Below, piece by piece: positions 33,317 to 46,000 of a stretch of DNA of 64,000 nucleotides (its first letter is position 1; each line of letters begins with the position of its first letter). The notes beneath the pieces were generated by a model that worked only from the letters and a program-made list of their open reading frames with translations, was not told the DNA's origin and made no database searches. This DNA comes from Escherichia phage ERS-1. A program made the translations under genes and the position numbers. The stretch lies in sequence record PP337211; one strand, 5' to 3'.

Positions 33317-36300
33317 GGCAGCGGTCACCTATTTGTGGAACCCCTTGAGGCCTGAAGGACGGGGAGACCTGGCTGCAGAAGAAGATGCCCTGGTGGCGTC
33401 CCCTTCCGCTTCTGCCTCCCCTGACTCGCGCCCGGCGGAGGTGTTGGAAGTCCCTCTGCGGCGACGGTCGGACGTGTCCGCCCGAGCTGGACTGTGTTCG
33501 CTTCACCGCTCGGCACACGTCGTTGGCTCCGAGTGGACATGGATTGCCGTTTCCGCGGCTCGCTTCGCCGCGTCCTCCGGCAGAGTTTCGCCGCCCGGGT
33601 CGTGCCGGGACGGCGATGTCTTCGACTTGCTCCGGGCGGGGGTGTTCGGGGCCTCGAATTAAGATGATCGGCTGGATTTCTACGAGTTGGAGGGCCTTAA
33701 CTTTAGATGGCTGCCTGTTGTGTCTCCCTGCGAGCCCGTGGACGTGTTCGGCTTGCCGGGTGGTGTCGAGTATTGGCCCCCGATCCGAGGCGGCGCTCGC
33801 CGCCGGGCGGTTCGCGGTCGTGCCGTAGCCGCGGAGGAACTTCCCGCGCCGCCGTTGGTGCCGGTAGGCGCCGTCGGCACCTCGGCGGACGGCCCTGCCC
33901 TTCTTCGGCGAGATTCGCGCCGTCGCCGCGCTCGAATAGCGCGCGATCCGTTGGCCCTGACCTGTTCGCGCCGGTCGGGCTCGCCGGCGCCACGTTGCTC
34001 CGCGGGCGAAGCCGGTTGGGCGGTCGTGGTCGCGGACTTCGCGTGGCCTGCAAGGCCGTCGTCACTGGGCGGAGGAAAGACTTTGCAATTGGTCGCAGGC
34101 GCTGGTCCCTGCTGGCGCCTTGCCTTCACGCCGGTCGGCTGTTACCGATAGCCGTGGACCTTCGGGACAGTTTCCAAACTCGTTCCCGAGTCTGCTGATC
34201 CGGTTCCAGTCGTGGGATCGGTAGCTGTCCGGCCGTCGCGGACCGCCGTGACCTTGATCCGGTTCCGGCCCGCGGCGTTCTCCGTCGCCTCGTCGGTCCG
34301 TTGCTAGCGCCGGTTGGCCGGCTCCGACTTCGGAGCGTGCCGCCGTCGGCCGCGTAGATGTCCGCGGCAGGTTACCCGGCTCCGGCCGATGTTCGCCGCG
34401 GCGTGGTCGATGATCGGATGGACCCCGCCGGGTCCGGGTCCGCGGTGCGCCGGGTAGAGGCTTGTGACCTCCGAGGATAGCCGAAGGATACTGGAGACTG
34501 TTCGCCGGAAGTTCCCGGGAGCGTAGGCGCGCGAAACGGCTCGCGCCTCCGAGCTCCTCCGGGGGCGGAGGTGCCGGACGCCGACCCCGGACTGGCCCTG
34601 GCCCTTCGCGGCGATGGTCTCGCCGCTGTCAGACGGAGACGGTCGTGCGCGGGCGTCCTCCGCGAACCGGGTAACCGCGCCCCGGCTGCGCGTTCCGGCG
34701 CGCATGAATCCAGTTGACGGCCCGCTGGCGATCCCGTTCGGCCCCAGTGTCCCGGCGATTTCGTTGTCGGTTGCGGGTTGCTCGTGGGGGTCGGTGCGGG
34801 AGGGCCTGTTGGGCCGGATGGAGGTCTGTATGGGCGTGATCGCGTTCGTCCGGCGTAGCGTGCGCCGCGGGTCGCCGGTGGCCGCGTATGCGTAGGACCC
34901 GCCCGTGGCTTGTCCTGGTCGGGCTCTGGAGGTACTGGCGGGCTCGCCCCTTCCCTGCCGATCGGTAAGGCGGAGGCGTTGTCCGGCGCCTGGACTCGCC
35001 CGAGGGTGCTGTTCGCCTTGGCAGTTCGCCTCCTCCGGAACGGCGGAGGGCGAACGGGTTGGGCGCTTGACCGGTCCTCCCCTGCCCGAGCCCTGGTTGC
35101 CCGTAGGTGGAGGACGGAAGGCCAAGCGGTTCTGAACCGTTCACCCAGATTTCGTCCCCACCTCCGCTGCTGGCGGCTCCGCCCAGCTTGCCCGAGGACG
35201 CGGAGCCACGTCCACAGGCTGGTGCTGGTCCCAGGAGAAGCGGTACGCCCCCCAGGGTCAGGTTCCATGCGTTCCGGTTCACCCGGATGCGGATGCGTGC
35301 GAAGGGGGTGGACTTCTCGGCGGAGGTCGCGGACGCCGTTTCGCCGCGTTCGCCGCGGTGTCGATCCCGGAGAGTTCGCCGTCTGGCCGTCACGCCCGTT
35401 GGGCCTGGATCGCCGCGAGGTCCTGCACGGTTGCGGAACCCGTCCTGCGGAGCCTTGCGGACGGTAGGTGACCTCTTATTCCGTTAGCACTCGCGTAGCC
35501 CGGGCGCTCGAGGACTCCTGCGGATCGCGTCGGACTGTCGGACCTGCGGAGGCTTCGCCGCCAGTAGCCCTGCGCGGTACTGCTTTGCCCTGAACTTACC
35601 GGTTGTCGGGTTGCGTGTAGGAGGTCCGTTGCTGTGGTGGCCTGTTGTACACACGAAGGACTGATGGAGCTCCTGCTCGGTCGACGGTTGAGACGCCGGC
35701 CTTCCGCGCGTGAAGGGTGTCCGCGGCGCGAAGGCGGCGCTGTCGGGCGTTGATCGGGCACCCGTCCTGTCCGGGTTCGCTCTGTGTTCTGCAATGACGT
35801 GGCGGGGTTCGCCAGCCGTTGACGTCCGCCTTCTCCGGAGAACCGGCCTTGCCCGGAGGCGCTTCGCCTTTGGTGCCTGGCCTTCCGGCAGGCGGCGGTC
35901 GGTGCCCTTCCGGAAGAACCTGCGAAAGGACGCCCCGGAAGGCCGGGACGGCGGTGCCGATTTTTGATTGGAGGTAACTGTTGCGGCCCTGGTTCGATTC
36001 CCCCCCACGTCCGTAGCCCTGGACACCCCTCCTCCTCGCCGCCGAGGCTCCGGGCTGTCGATGTAGATTTGCTGCGAGGCCGTCACGTCTCCGCTCCGGC
36101 GGTCCGGTTGCCCGGGCATTTCTGGACGGAATCACTGGCCCGTGAGGGGTTGCCAGGTGGGCGCCAGACAACTTGTACCCAATCGTTACGACAGATTTGC
36201 TGCCCGGCCTTCTGCGACTTGTAGCGCCGTGGTCGCCGGTCGCCTCCGCTCCTCCGCCGGCATGCCCTCGTGGACGTGCTGCGGTCCCTGCCCGTGTCGG

Positions 36301-38211
36301 GCGGCGAAGGTGCGCGCCGCGGAGGCAGCCGGAGGCGCGGGCGCGTTCGACCTGGACCGCCGGCTTGTCGTCGGCTCGCCGCCGTCCGTTTGACGGGACT
36401 GCTGGCCAACCTGTACCGGCGTCGTTCGGCCTTCGGCAACGGTCCCGAAGGTGGTCCGGATCGGTCGCCCGGGCTCCGCGGTTGGAAATTGGAGTCTTCG
36501 GTCAAGCGGGTTTGGGGGTGGCCTGCTTCGGCGAGGGCCGCCGCCGCGTACGCCCGCGACATGAAGATGATCCGGTACACCTGCCCCCTTTACGGGTCCT
36601 CCTCGGTAGATTCGGCGCCGTTGTTGGGTTCTTCTTCGGGCAGAACGGCTGACCCCCGAAGTTGTCCGTTGTTGAACTTGTTGTGGCACGTACCGGGGTG
36701 TGGTCGTCCTGGGATAGGCCCGGACGTCGCGTTGGCGGGTATCCTGTCGGTCGGGGAGGTTGAGCGTGATCGCCTGCCCCGCGCGCGATGATGAACCGCC
36801 GTTCCGGATCCTGCGCTTCCTGGGTCCCGCAGCCCCCGGCGAAGTAGCGTTGTGAAGGAGGAGAAGGCCGGTGACCTGAGGTCCCGCCCCGAGACGCCCG
36901 TGAGGGTCGCGCCGCCCGGAGTTCGCGGAGGACTTCCCGCCGGCCCGAAGGACGTGGGGGCAGGTCGGGTCCGGCGGAGGGTCGGCGGCGGTGAGCCGGG
37001 CCTGCCGGCCTGTACCCTCGGCCTCGCGCTCGCGGATTCGACGACCCCGCCGGGGACGGCGAGCTGGCCGTCGCCCCGTGATACCGCTGGATGGTGAGCT
37101 GGACGATGTCGGTGGGCGGCGAACCGCGGAACTGGAGGAAGTGACCGCCCTTACCCTTTGCCGGTGCCTGGTTGCTCCGGAGTTTCTGGTCTGCTGAAGG
37201 CCCCGCGCTTGATCTGGACGGAGTTGTACCTCCCTTCACCCTTGCTCCTCCGCTGAGGTGTAGTGCCTGGGCATCGCGCGCCCCGGGCGGTGGGTGCTCG
37301 ACCGGTAGGCTTTGGCTGCTTCGCCGCGTGCGCTGCGTTGGCGGTTGAATCTCCCTTTGCGGACCGGTACATTCAAGGTACCCGGTTGGAGTTCCCACGA
37401 AGTTACCCGATCCGCGTCCTGGTGCTTTGTGCTGAAGCCGATTGGCGGATGCGACTGGCGTTGATGTTGATCGGGGCGTCCTGGGCCGATCACCGCCGTG
37501 TCCGTCCCTGAGGCCGTCGCCGGTTGATTGTCCTGGGGCTGCGTTCCGTCTGTCCGTGAGGATGCCGATGTGGGTGCGCTCCGGCGGGGTCGCGGTAGTT
37601 GTTGGCGTGCCCCTGACGCTCTGGGCGGCTCGCCGGTCTGGGCGATCCGCGGTCGCTCTGAAGGTCGGAACCCGGAACGGTGCGCGGCCCGCGCGCCGGT
37701 GAAGGAACTTGCGGAGTTCGTGACGTCCTGGAGTCCTGGAAGTAACGGTAGGGGCGTCGGGTTCGGCGCGTAGGTCGGGTGATAGAAGCTGGCCCCCGCC
37801 GCGGTCCCTGTAGTCGGCGGTTGCCCCGGGCTCGAAGGCTGTCCGTGGCGCCTCGCCGTTCGCGCCTGCGGAGATGTTCAGGTGCCGAGGAACCGCGTGG
37901 GGGCCGCGGCGGGTCCGTCGATGTTGTCGCTGAACCTGGTGCCATTTCGGTGAACCGTTGTAGCCCGAGGTTGCCCGCGAGACGTTGCCAGGATCCGCCG
38001 AGGCGGCGGGCCGATCCAGGGGTTGGCGAAGGTTTGGCCTGGTCGGTTTGGTGCGGAAGTCCCGGCGGAAACGATACCCGTGCCGCGGTCGCGCTCTGCG
38101 GTTGGACTCCTCCGGATGCGACGGGCGCGCTGTCCCGGTAGTCGGAGGCGGTCGTGTCGATGTTGATCCGGTCGTGCCCGCCTGGTGGTTCCCACCTGTT
38201 GGGCCTTGGGT

Positions 38212-38859
38212 CTAGGGGTGACGGCCCTGGTATGGCGAGTTGGTCGGCCCTGGTCCTCCGCCCGGGCCATTTTCCGGTACGGGATCGGATAGGTGACGTT
38301 GAAGGACTGGCGGGGCTTCTTGCGCGTTCCCGCTGCTCCGACCGTCGTTGGTCGTGAGGTATGTTTGTTTTCCATTCAGGACCTCCTTGGCGGGGCCTCG
38401 AAGATGTACGGCGGCGACCATGCGCGAGCCCAGGTTGCGGAAGTTGGCGTTGCGTCGCTGTCCGTTCCTGTCGAAGCGGAAGATGGCGTTGATGTCCGGC
38501 GGGCCGTCCGTGGTGATGGTCTGCTGATAGGTCTGGTCTCCGGCTGCCCGTGTCGCGGGCGGGACGGCCTCCTGGTGGACGCCGCCGCCGTTCTGACCTG
38601 GACGTTCCCTGAAGGTATCGGTTGTTGAAAAAGCCGTTCCTGTCCCTCGATTGCGAACTGCTGCTCGCCACAGGTTGCCCGTTTGTTCGAGGGGCGGATG
38701 TGGATGCGGTTGTAGCAGTCGTCCGGAAGCTAATGCCCCTGCCTGTGACGGGAAGTTGTACCGGGCTCGCCGATGGGGGAGGTTGTCGGTCTGCGGACGG
38801 TGTAACGTCGCGGCAGACTTCGGTAGTGGCGGAGGCAGGACTTTGGCTGGCAGGACCAA
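38212..38859 (-). CDS. Hypothetical structural-like protein
   Basis: High third-position GC frame: TITTDGPPDINAIFRFDRNGQRRNANFRNLGSRMVAAVHLRGPAKEVLNGKQTYLTTNDG. Confidence 0.3.
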   Translation of the reverse strand: MVLPAKVLPPPLPKSAATLHRPQTDNLPHRRARYNFPSQAGALASGRLLQPHPHPPLEQTGNLWRAAVRNRGTGTAFSTTDTFRERPGQNGGGVHQEAVPPATRAAGDQTYQQTITTDGPPDINAIFRFDRNGQRRNANFRNLGSRMVAAVHLRGPAKEVLNGKQTYLTTNDGRSSGNAQEAPPVLQRHLSDPVPENGPGGGPGPTNSPYQGRHP

Positions 38860-39367
38860 GGAGTCCTGCTGTTCCGACCTGTTCGTGACGGCCCCCAGGG
38901 TGCATCCCCGTCAAGGCGCGTAAGTGGTAATCACCGCCGGTCCGGTTTGCCCTTTCGTAAGCGACATTCCCGTTGCCTGCTCGTCCGCCTTTCTGGTACC
39001 GGGAAGCCTTCCCGACCCTGGTCGGGGCTGAACTCCTCCCCCGGCCGGCAGGGTTATGTTGTGCACCCGTATCCGGGACGATGCCCACCGGGACTCTAAC
39101 TCGTCGTTGCGATTCGGCGAGAGGCGTTCGGCAAGGAGAAGCCCGACCCCGTCTGGGGGTTGGCGACAGTCCGGCACTCCACCGTGAACCCCCGCCTTGG
39201 CAAGCCTGGAACGGTAGGTGTTCGCTGCCGACCGCGCCGACCCACACCAATTGTCGAAGGAATCGAACTGAGCGCGGCAAGGAGCTGCCGTACCGTCGTT
39301 GGTCGTGGTATAGTCCGCGGCCCTGAAGGGACCTCCTCCAGCGTTGTAGTTACCGTTGTCAATTTTG

Positions 39368-39800
39368 TCATTCCTGCCCCTGGCCCACCCCTGGTGGAGG
39401 CGGATGTTCCCCGCCCGTAGCGTAGAAGAACCGCCCGCCGCCCGGAGCCGCCGGGTCGAACAAGTTGCCAGCCGAAGCCCTGGCGCTGGAAGATGGTGGA
39501 TGCGACCCGGCTCCGGTAGATGGTCTTGCTGTCCGGTGGTAGAGCGGCAGGACGGGAACGGCCCCGACAGATGGGTGAGTGTTAGCGTGCCCTGGTCGCC
39601 GTTCGTGGAGGAGGTGCGCGGGTAGCCGGGCTGGCGATCCCGCGGAGCCCCCGGCGTAGCCGTCCGAGCCGCTGACCGCGATCCCGGACTCGCCGGATTG
39701 CGAGGAACCGTTGATGACTATGGTTTCGTTTTCGGTAGCTGTGCAGTCAAATAGGCCGTACCCTTGCTGAAGAGGGTAAGTCCTGCCCGGGAGCCGGTGC
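39368..39800 (-). CDS. Gly/Ser-rich fibre-like protein (partial)
   Basis: TYPLQQGYGLFDCTATENETIVINGSSQSGESGIAVSGSDGYAGGSAGSP on the minus strand. Confidence 0.3.
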
Positions 39801-42800
39801 CGTTGCGGTTGGCGGTTCTGCCTGGGCCGCGGCGAAGTCGCGCGCGATGATTGCCGGTTGTTTGGTCCGGTCGCGGCACCTGGTTTCATAAGCCTTTGAT
39901 CAGTTCTCCGTGGTACAAGGCCCTGAACTCGTGGACTGAGTTCCGGTATGCTTGCTGGATGCCCGTGGGCCCCTGCCGTTATAGGTTGTCGTGTTCTCCG
40001 CGGCGTTCTGATACCCGCTGACGCTGAAGGTCCCCTCGGCTCCCGACCTCCCAGCCAAGGGAGCCCGCTGGAGCAGGACGGTGGGCTAAAGGACCACCCG
40101 CCGCCGGTGTCGCAGGTACGGGAGCTTGCCTGCGGTCGCTTTGGTCGTTGGCGGGGCCGTGCGCGCGCCCGCCGCTGGACGGCGAGAAGGGGATGCTGTA
40201 GGATTGTGTTCGGACCGTAGATGCCTTCGGGCGGGCTGCTCGCCACGTTAGGGCGATTGGGCAACAACCCGCTCGTCCGGATCGCCTCGGAACAAAGCGT
40301 TGCCCGGAACGGCCTTCGCCCGTTTGGCGTAGCCTGTTGCCGGGGCCAGCGGGCTTGCCCGTGCGGTTCGCGTAGGAATAGCGCCGCTCCCGGGAACGGA
40401 GGGCGTCCTGCGGGACCGGAAGGACCCCCCACCGCCTGTGGGTAGGGGAACTGGTTGGGCGTAGGTGCGAGGGGACGAACCCCGTAAGCAGCCCCCTCAG
40501 GCTGGTCGAGACCTTCGGCGAACTGAAAGGAGCGGCCCGAGGCCGCGAGTTAAGAGGGTACCGCGGCGTTCCGCGGGATGGTTCGGGACGGCGAGCGGGC
40601 ATTGAGCCCCGAACTGGTAGGCGCGCCCGGCTGGTCGTGAACGGGCGTCCGGTTTGGTGTCAGGGCCGTGTACCCGTTCGGTAACCCTGTTGTACCTGCC
40701 TGCGGCGCCGTCGTACTTGACCTGATTCCCAGGTAGATTTTGTTGGGTTGCAGTTGCCCGTGCCTTCCTGGATGACCTCCGAGCCGAAGTGGTTGGCCAC
40801 GGTTCTGTCCGCCTCCTGCAGGAGGAGTTCGGACCAGGAAATGGACGTTGTTCCGGTTTGGACGGTCCTGGGATTGCCGGGTGAAGACCAGCCCCGGGAG
40901 TTCCGGGAACCGCGAAGGACCGCTGCTCCCCGAGGGAAAAGGCGGGCGTGTTCGTTATGGTCAAGGCGGTAGTCCAGGAAGTCCCGTTGTCCGAGTATTG
41001 GAGGCGGAAGGACCGCGGGGGGAGGTCCGTTGTACGTGCCGTTTGTCGGATGTGACTTGATGGTGTCTTGACTTCGCGGGCCGTCCAGTTTTTCCTCTCA
41101 ATCGAAGCTGACCCCTCGCAGAGGTTCGAGGCGTAGAAAGCGGCCCCTGCGCTACGATCGGCGGGGTTGTTCGTGTTTGGTTTTCGCGTTGTGCTGAAAC
41201 GCGTGGACGCTTCCGCGAGGTGGCGGGGAGGGTCCGTTGTTACCGGTATGGGTGGCGATGTTGTCCCGGCGGACGCGCGCCTGCCGGCCGCCTGACCCGC
41301 CGCCGGGTCGCGTTCGCGGGTAAGAAAGGCGACGATCTTGCTGAGAAGTCCTCGGAAGTTCGTCGCGGTTCCGATTTCGTTTGCCTTGCCCCCTTCCCCT
41401 GCCGTCGTTGTCGGGCCTGGCGGACCGCGCCGCGTTGCGTTGGATTGTTTGCAGGACCCGCTCGCCCGAGGAGCTGGTCGGTAGTCCTGGCCGTGTTGGG
41501 GCTCGATTGTTCAACCCGGATCGCGGACCATCCGCCCTGCTGCCCCTCGCCACCGCCTGACGCGCTTCGTCCGCTCCTGGGTCGGAGTACGGATGGGGCT
41601 TCCCGTTTGCCGGCGTAGGCGGAAGGCGACCTGCTGCGAGTCGTGCCGCCTGCTCCGCCCGGCGGTGGTCGCCGCCAAGGCAAAGCCCGGCGTCTGGGCG
41701 ATGATCTGGGCGACGTTCGCGCCGCCACCCGCGCCGGTCGCCGCCGCGAGGGCGTAGTTGGCCGGGGCGGAGCGGAGGCGAGGGCCTTCTGAACCGCCAG
41801 CACGCGCGTCGGATGGTCGCCGTGGCGATAGCCGCCGCCTTGCCGATTGCCGCCTGCTTCGCTCCCGACCGGGACTGCCCGGAGGGTGGAGAAGAAGTTG
41901 CGCTGGGTGGAGGGTTCTGCCTGTGATCTGGGCCTGAACCCGAGCCTTCAATTGCTGGGCGGTCTGCTCGCCGACCAGGTCGGCTTGCCTGTTGCCGTTG
42001 CGCGTTGCCTGCCGCCAGGCATTGCCTGCTGGGCTTCGACCGTACCGGCGAGAAGGTCCGCGTTGGATCTTCGCCCTAACTGGTTTGCCTGGGCCTGAGC
42101 GATCGCCCCCGCGGCCTGGCTCGTTGATCGCCGTGAGCTGGGCGGTGAACTCCTGCTGGGGTCCGAGGATAGCCTGAGGACCTGGTTGCGGGTTTCCGCC
42201 GCCCGGGTTTCCGCCGAACGGTGCCGCTTCTCCCGCGGAGTCGCTTCGGCCCCTGGTCCCCGAGGACGACGCCTTGATAGCGGCGTCTGTCCCATGTAGC
42301 GGGGCTGCTGTTCGACCTCGCGCTGCTCCGAGGCGAGGCGGTGGCTCGCGCCTCCTCCTCCGGCTGGCGGTTGATCGCGCCCTTCGGGTTCGGGTGTCCT
42401 TCTGCTGCTCCTCGATCGGTGCCGTGACCTGGGCCTTGCGCTCCGCGGTGATCCGCTGGCGCTCCGCTTTGCCGAGGTGCGCAGGGCGTTGGCGTACTCC
42501 GCTGAGCCGCCCGGTGCGGCGCGCCTACCCCTACCCGTTGGTTGAGTTCGTCCTGGAGTTTTCTCGAGGGCCTTGGCCGCCTCCTCATCGCCTTTCCCGG
42601 AGGTCCGGCGACCTCTTCCCCTTCCCCTGGTTCGGCGTCTCGACTCTGAGCCGCGGCGACCCGCTCCTTGGAAATGTCGCGGCGCGTCGATCCGCTGTCC
42701 AGGTATCGCCTCGGCCGCTTTCGGATCGGGCGAGGACTTCCTGGCGGAAGCCTTCCTCGGGTTCGTGCCGATGTTGGCGCCCGGCCTTCCAACCTTTGAT

Positions 42801-45404
42801 GTTGCTGGTCGCCGCGGCCTTCGGTCTGTCCGTTGCAGGTTTGGTCGCGTGGCCTTCGCGCGTTCCCGAGCTGGCGGAAGTTGTTCAGGGCGTCGATGAC
42901 GGAGCCGGCGAGTTGAGGACCCCGCGGTTACGCCCCGCATCGTCCCGCCGATCATGTCGAACACCTGAAGGACGGTGCGGCCAGCTTCTGCCCAAGGCTT
43001 CCTGGTTCTGTACGCTGGCCCCGGCCTGGTCGGTTGTTCGCGCCGTCGCCGCGAGCCGGCTGCCGTCGAAGAACTCCCCGACCGTATTGGCGAGGCCGGT
43101 GATGATCGGCCGATGTCCTCCCTGGCGGTGCGGTGCGGTTCGCCCGGCTGGGTCGTGTCTGTCAAATTCTGGTCGATCTTCGTCCGGAAGGGTTGGTGGC
43201 GGTGATCGGCGGAGGCGAGGACGATCCTGAATGCGCCCGGGTGGGGTTCGCGGCGATGGCGGCGTCGAGGGCGACCGCCGCGGTGCGGACCGCGTTGAAC
43301 GTGCCGCGCCCCCGGCGACGATAGCGAAGCCCGCGCCCCGAGGAGGACCTTGGCGAGGGTGTCCGTTATTGCTGATGAAGCGATCGCCTTGGACCTGGCT
43401 CGCTCGCGCCGGTCGCCTCATCGACTTGCCAACCAGGTCCACCACGTTGTTCTGAAGGACTTGGAAGGACTGGCCGATGGTGGGGACGGACTTGGGCCTG
43501 CTTCCTCCGGCTCCGTCCTGGGCGTTCTTGAAGGCGTCGAAGATGATGTCGGCGCTGATTTTGCCCTTCTGACCCCTTGCCGGAGTTCGCCGCGGGTTAC
43601 GTTCTGCCGCTTGGCGATCACGTCTGCGACGGTCGGGCTGTTCCGGATGGAGTTTGGTTCATCGCTGCGGAGGACGCCCGAGGCGAGGCCCTGGCCTGCT
43701 GGATCGGTGCCGCTGAGCCTCGCCCGCGCTCGCGCCTGGAGGTGGGCGATGGCTTGGTTCTGTGACTTCGCGAAGTCGATGGTCCTGCCGCGAGCTGCCC
43801 GTGCCCTTCGCGCTGTCGGCCTGTCGGCCGCACGTCTCCGCCGTACCCTCCGGGACTGGCGGTGGAGTTCGAGATGTTGGTGACCGATAGCATCCGCCCC
43901 AGGTTCTGGGCTTCAGGCCGTCGCCCGGAGTCGGTTCTGTAGGTTGGTGTAGGTGTCCTGGCGGTGCCAGTTCGCGCGGTGTACGCGCCCTGGAGGTGGT
44001 GTGTGCTCTCGAGGAAGCCGCCCGTCCGCCTGCTCCTCGCCCGGACTCGCCCATGTCCTCCGCGTTTCGCTGAACGCTCGCCAGCCTCGTTCTGTGATGA
44101 TGATGTCGGTTGTGCTCCTCGGACCTTTGCCGGCTCCCCGGTCCCCGTCAGAGTGCCCTTCCCAACTGTAGGGCCTGGACGGCTCTCGAGCACCCTGTTT
44201 GAAGTTCGCCGGGGCTTGGGCGGAATACCCTGTCCGTTGTTGGATGTACGGGAGGTTGTTGGTGATGTGAATCTCCTCCCCAAATCGTACCCGCGAATGA
44301 CCGATTGGCTTGGTCGATAGCGGCCTGAGCGTCGGCGGCTTCGGCGCTGCCTGCCTCGCCGGCGAGAGGCGTTGAATTGCGGGAGGAGGGGGCGGAGCGG
44401 TCGCGGTGATCCGGTTGGATCGGGCGCGGCCCGTGTCCGGGCGTCCCGGAGGTCGCGGCTCGATCCGCGGCGAGGGCGACCTTGCGAGTGAGAGCGTCAG
44501 CGCCCTCCGCGACCTTCGGCCCCGGAGGGTAATGCGTCGGCTGAAGTTCGCTGAGACTTGGCGGCTGCGCCTCCTTGTAGACACTTCTGGCGGGTCGCTG
44601 GATGAACGGGTTTTCTCCTGCTGCTCGCCCTCGATCCCGTGATCCGGGCGTTCCCTGTATGGCGGGTGGCGGACAGGTCCGGCCTGTGCCCATTCGCCGA
44701 GCGATGTTGTTCGGTAAAAAACCGATGTAGCACGGCTCGAACAAGGGTCAACTCGGGGCGTTTGTATGCGGTCGGGTGGTCCGAACCCGGTACCGCTCGA
44801 TGATCTTCGCGCTCGACTGGGCCTTGCTCGAAGCCGTAGGAGGACTTCCCGGCTTCCCGTCGTCTCCCGTACCTCGTCGCGGAGGCGCTGCGTTGGCGGA
44901 CTGCTCGCGGAGGTCCGCGAACAGGTCCGGGTGCTCGAGGCTTTGGACGTTCTCCTTGTCGAAGTCGGCTTCGGCTGGCCGTCCGGGCCTTCCCGTTCAT
45001 CGGTTGGGACGCCGTCTCCGCGAACAAGTTTCGGCACCTGCGGTCCGCGGTCTGTTGTCCGGGTCCGGTTGGACGGCCTTCTGTACGGGCGGGTGGCCTT
45101 CGCGCCTTCGAGAAGGCGACGTTCGCGGCCCCCGGCGCGTGATCTTGATGCGGATCGAGCTTGTGTCCGCCGTTGGCCGTACTCCTGCGGAATGCTGTCC
45201 GTTTCCGTGCTTCTCGTTGGTCGGGCCGTTCCAACCTGCCTCTCCGTTTCTCGCCAGGGTGAGGGAAGGGAGGGCCGCAGCCCTCCCCGGGCTCTGTTGA
45301 TCATACGTCCGCCGCGTTCGGAAGGTAAGGGAATTCGTTGAGCAGGGGTGTAACCCGCCGCGCTTTCCGCCGTGTCCGACAGGGCAGGGTGATCGGCTGG
45401 CCCT

Positions 45405-46000
45405 TCACGTTTGGGCGTCCGTCGCCCAGGGTGAGCAGCGGGATGTCCCTGCCGGACCGGCGTTGTTCTTCGCCAAGGCGAAGTCCGGTGTTACGTTTGA
45501 GTCCGTCGTGCAATTCGCTGGACCGCCGCGATGTCCGCGAAGTAGGCCGTGACGTTGCCCTGCCCCTGGAAGGTGCCCGCGGAAACGTCGAAGGCCCCGA
45601 GGAGGGTGACTGCCTTGTCGGGCGAGACGTTGTCGTCGATCGTCAGCGTCAGCTCCGTGAGGAAGGCGAACAGCGCGGCGGGGTTCGACTCGCCCGTGGT
45701 CTGGTGCCCTTCCCCCGATCCGGCTGAAGTCCGAGGAGGTGTTGAAGGCCGGTGCGTCCAGGTCGGGACGGGCGCCCGACTTCACGCCGCGCAGCCGTCG
45801 CGCTGTTCGTTGTCGGTCGCCACGAAGCCGACGGCCGTGACCTTGTCGGCCTGGCGAATCTGGAGGCTCGGTTCGTTCGGGACCGCGCCCTCTGGACTCT
45901 GAGCGGTGCCGTTGGCGTCCTGGCCGGGGTACGTTCGAGCTGGTAGGCGCGGCGCTTGATCCCGTTGGCGTCCCGCTCGTTGATTGTTGCCGTAGGCTGC
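45405..46000 (-). CDS. Phage structural protein (possible major tail or capsid), partial
   Basis: ALFAFLTELTLTIDDNVSPDKAVTLLGAFDVSAGTFQGQGNVTAYF on the minus strand with high third-position GC. Confidence 0.3.

Noticed and set aside
35981-36010. GGTTCGATTCC T-loop-like motif suggesting a tRNA (a second one at 61,895)
   Set aside because: Flanking bases cannot form a T-stem of more than 2 bp or an acceptor stem; no cloverleaf could be built by hand.
38372-38387. AAGGAGG, 6 nt, ATG that looks like a strong minus-strand gene start
   Set aside because: It lies inside a continuous high third-position GC frame (…GPAKEVLNGKQTY…), so AAGGAGG here encodes AKEV and is probably internal.
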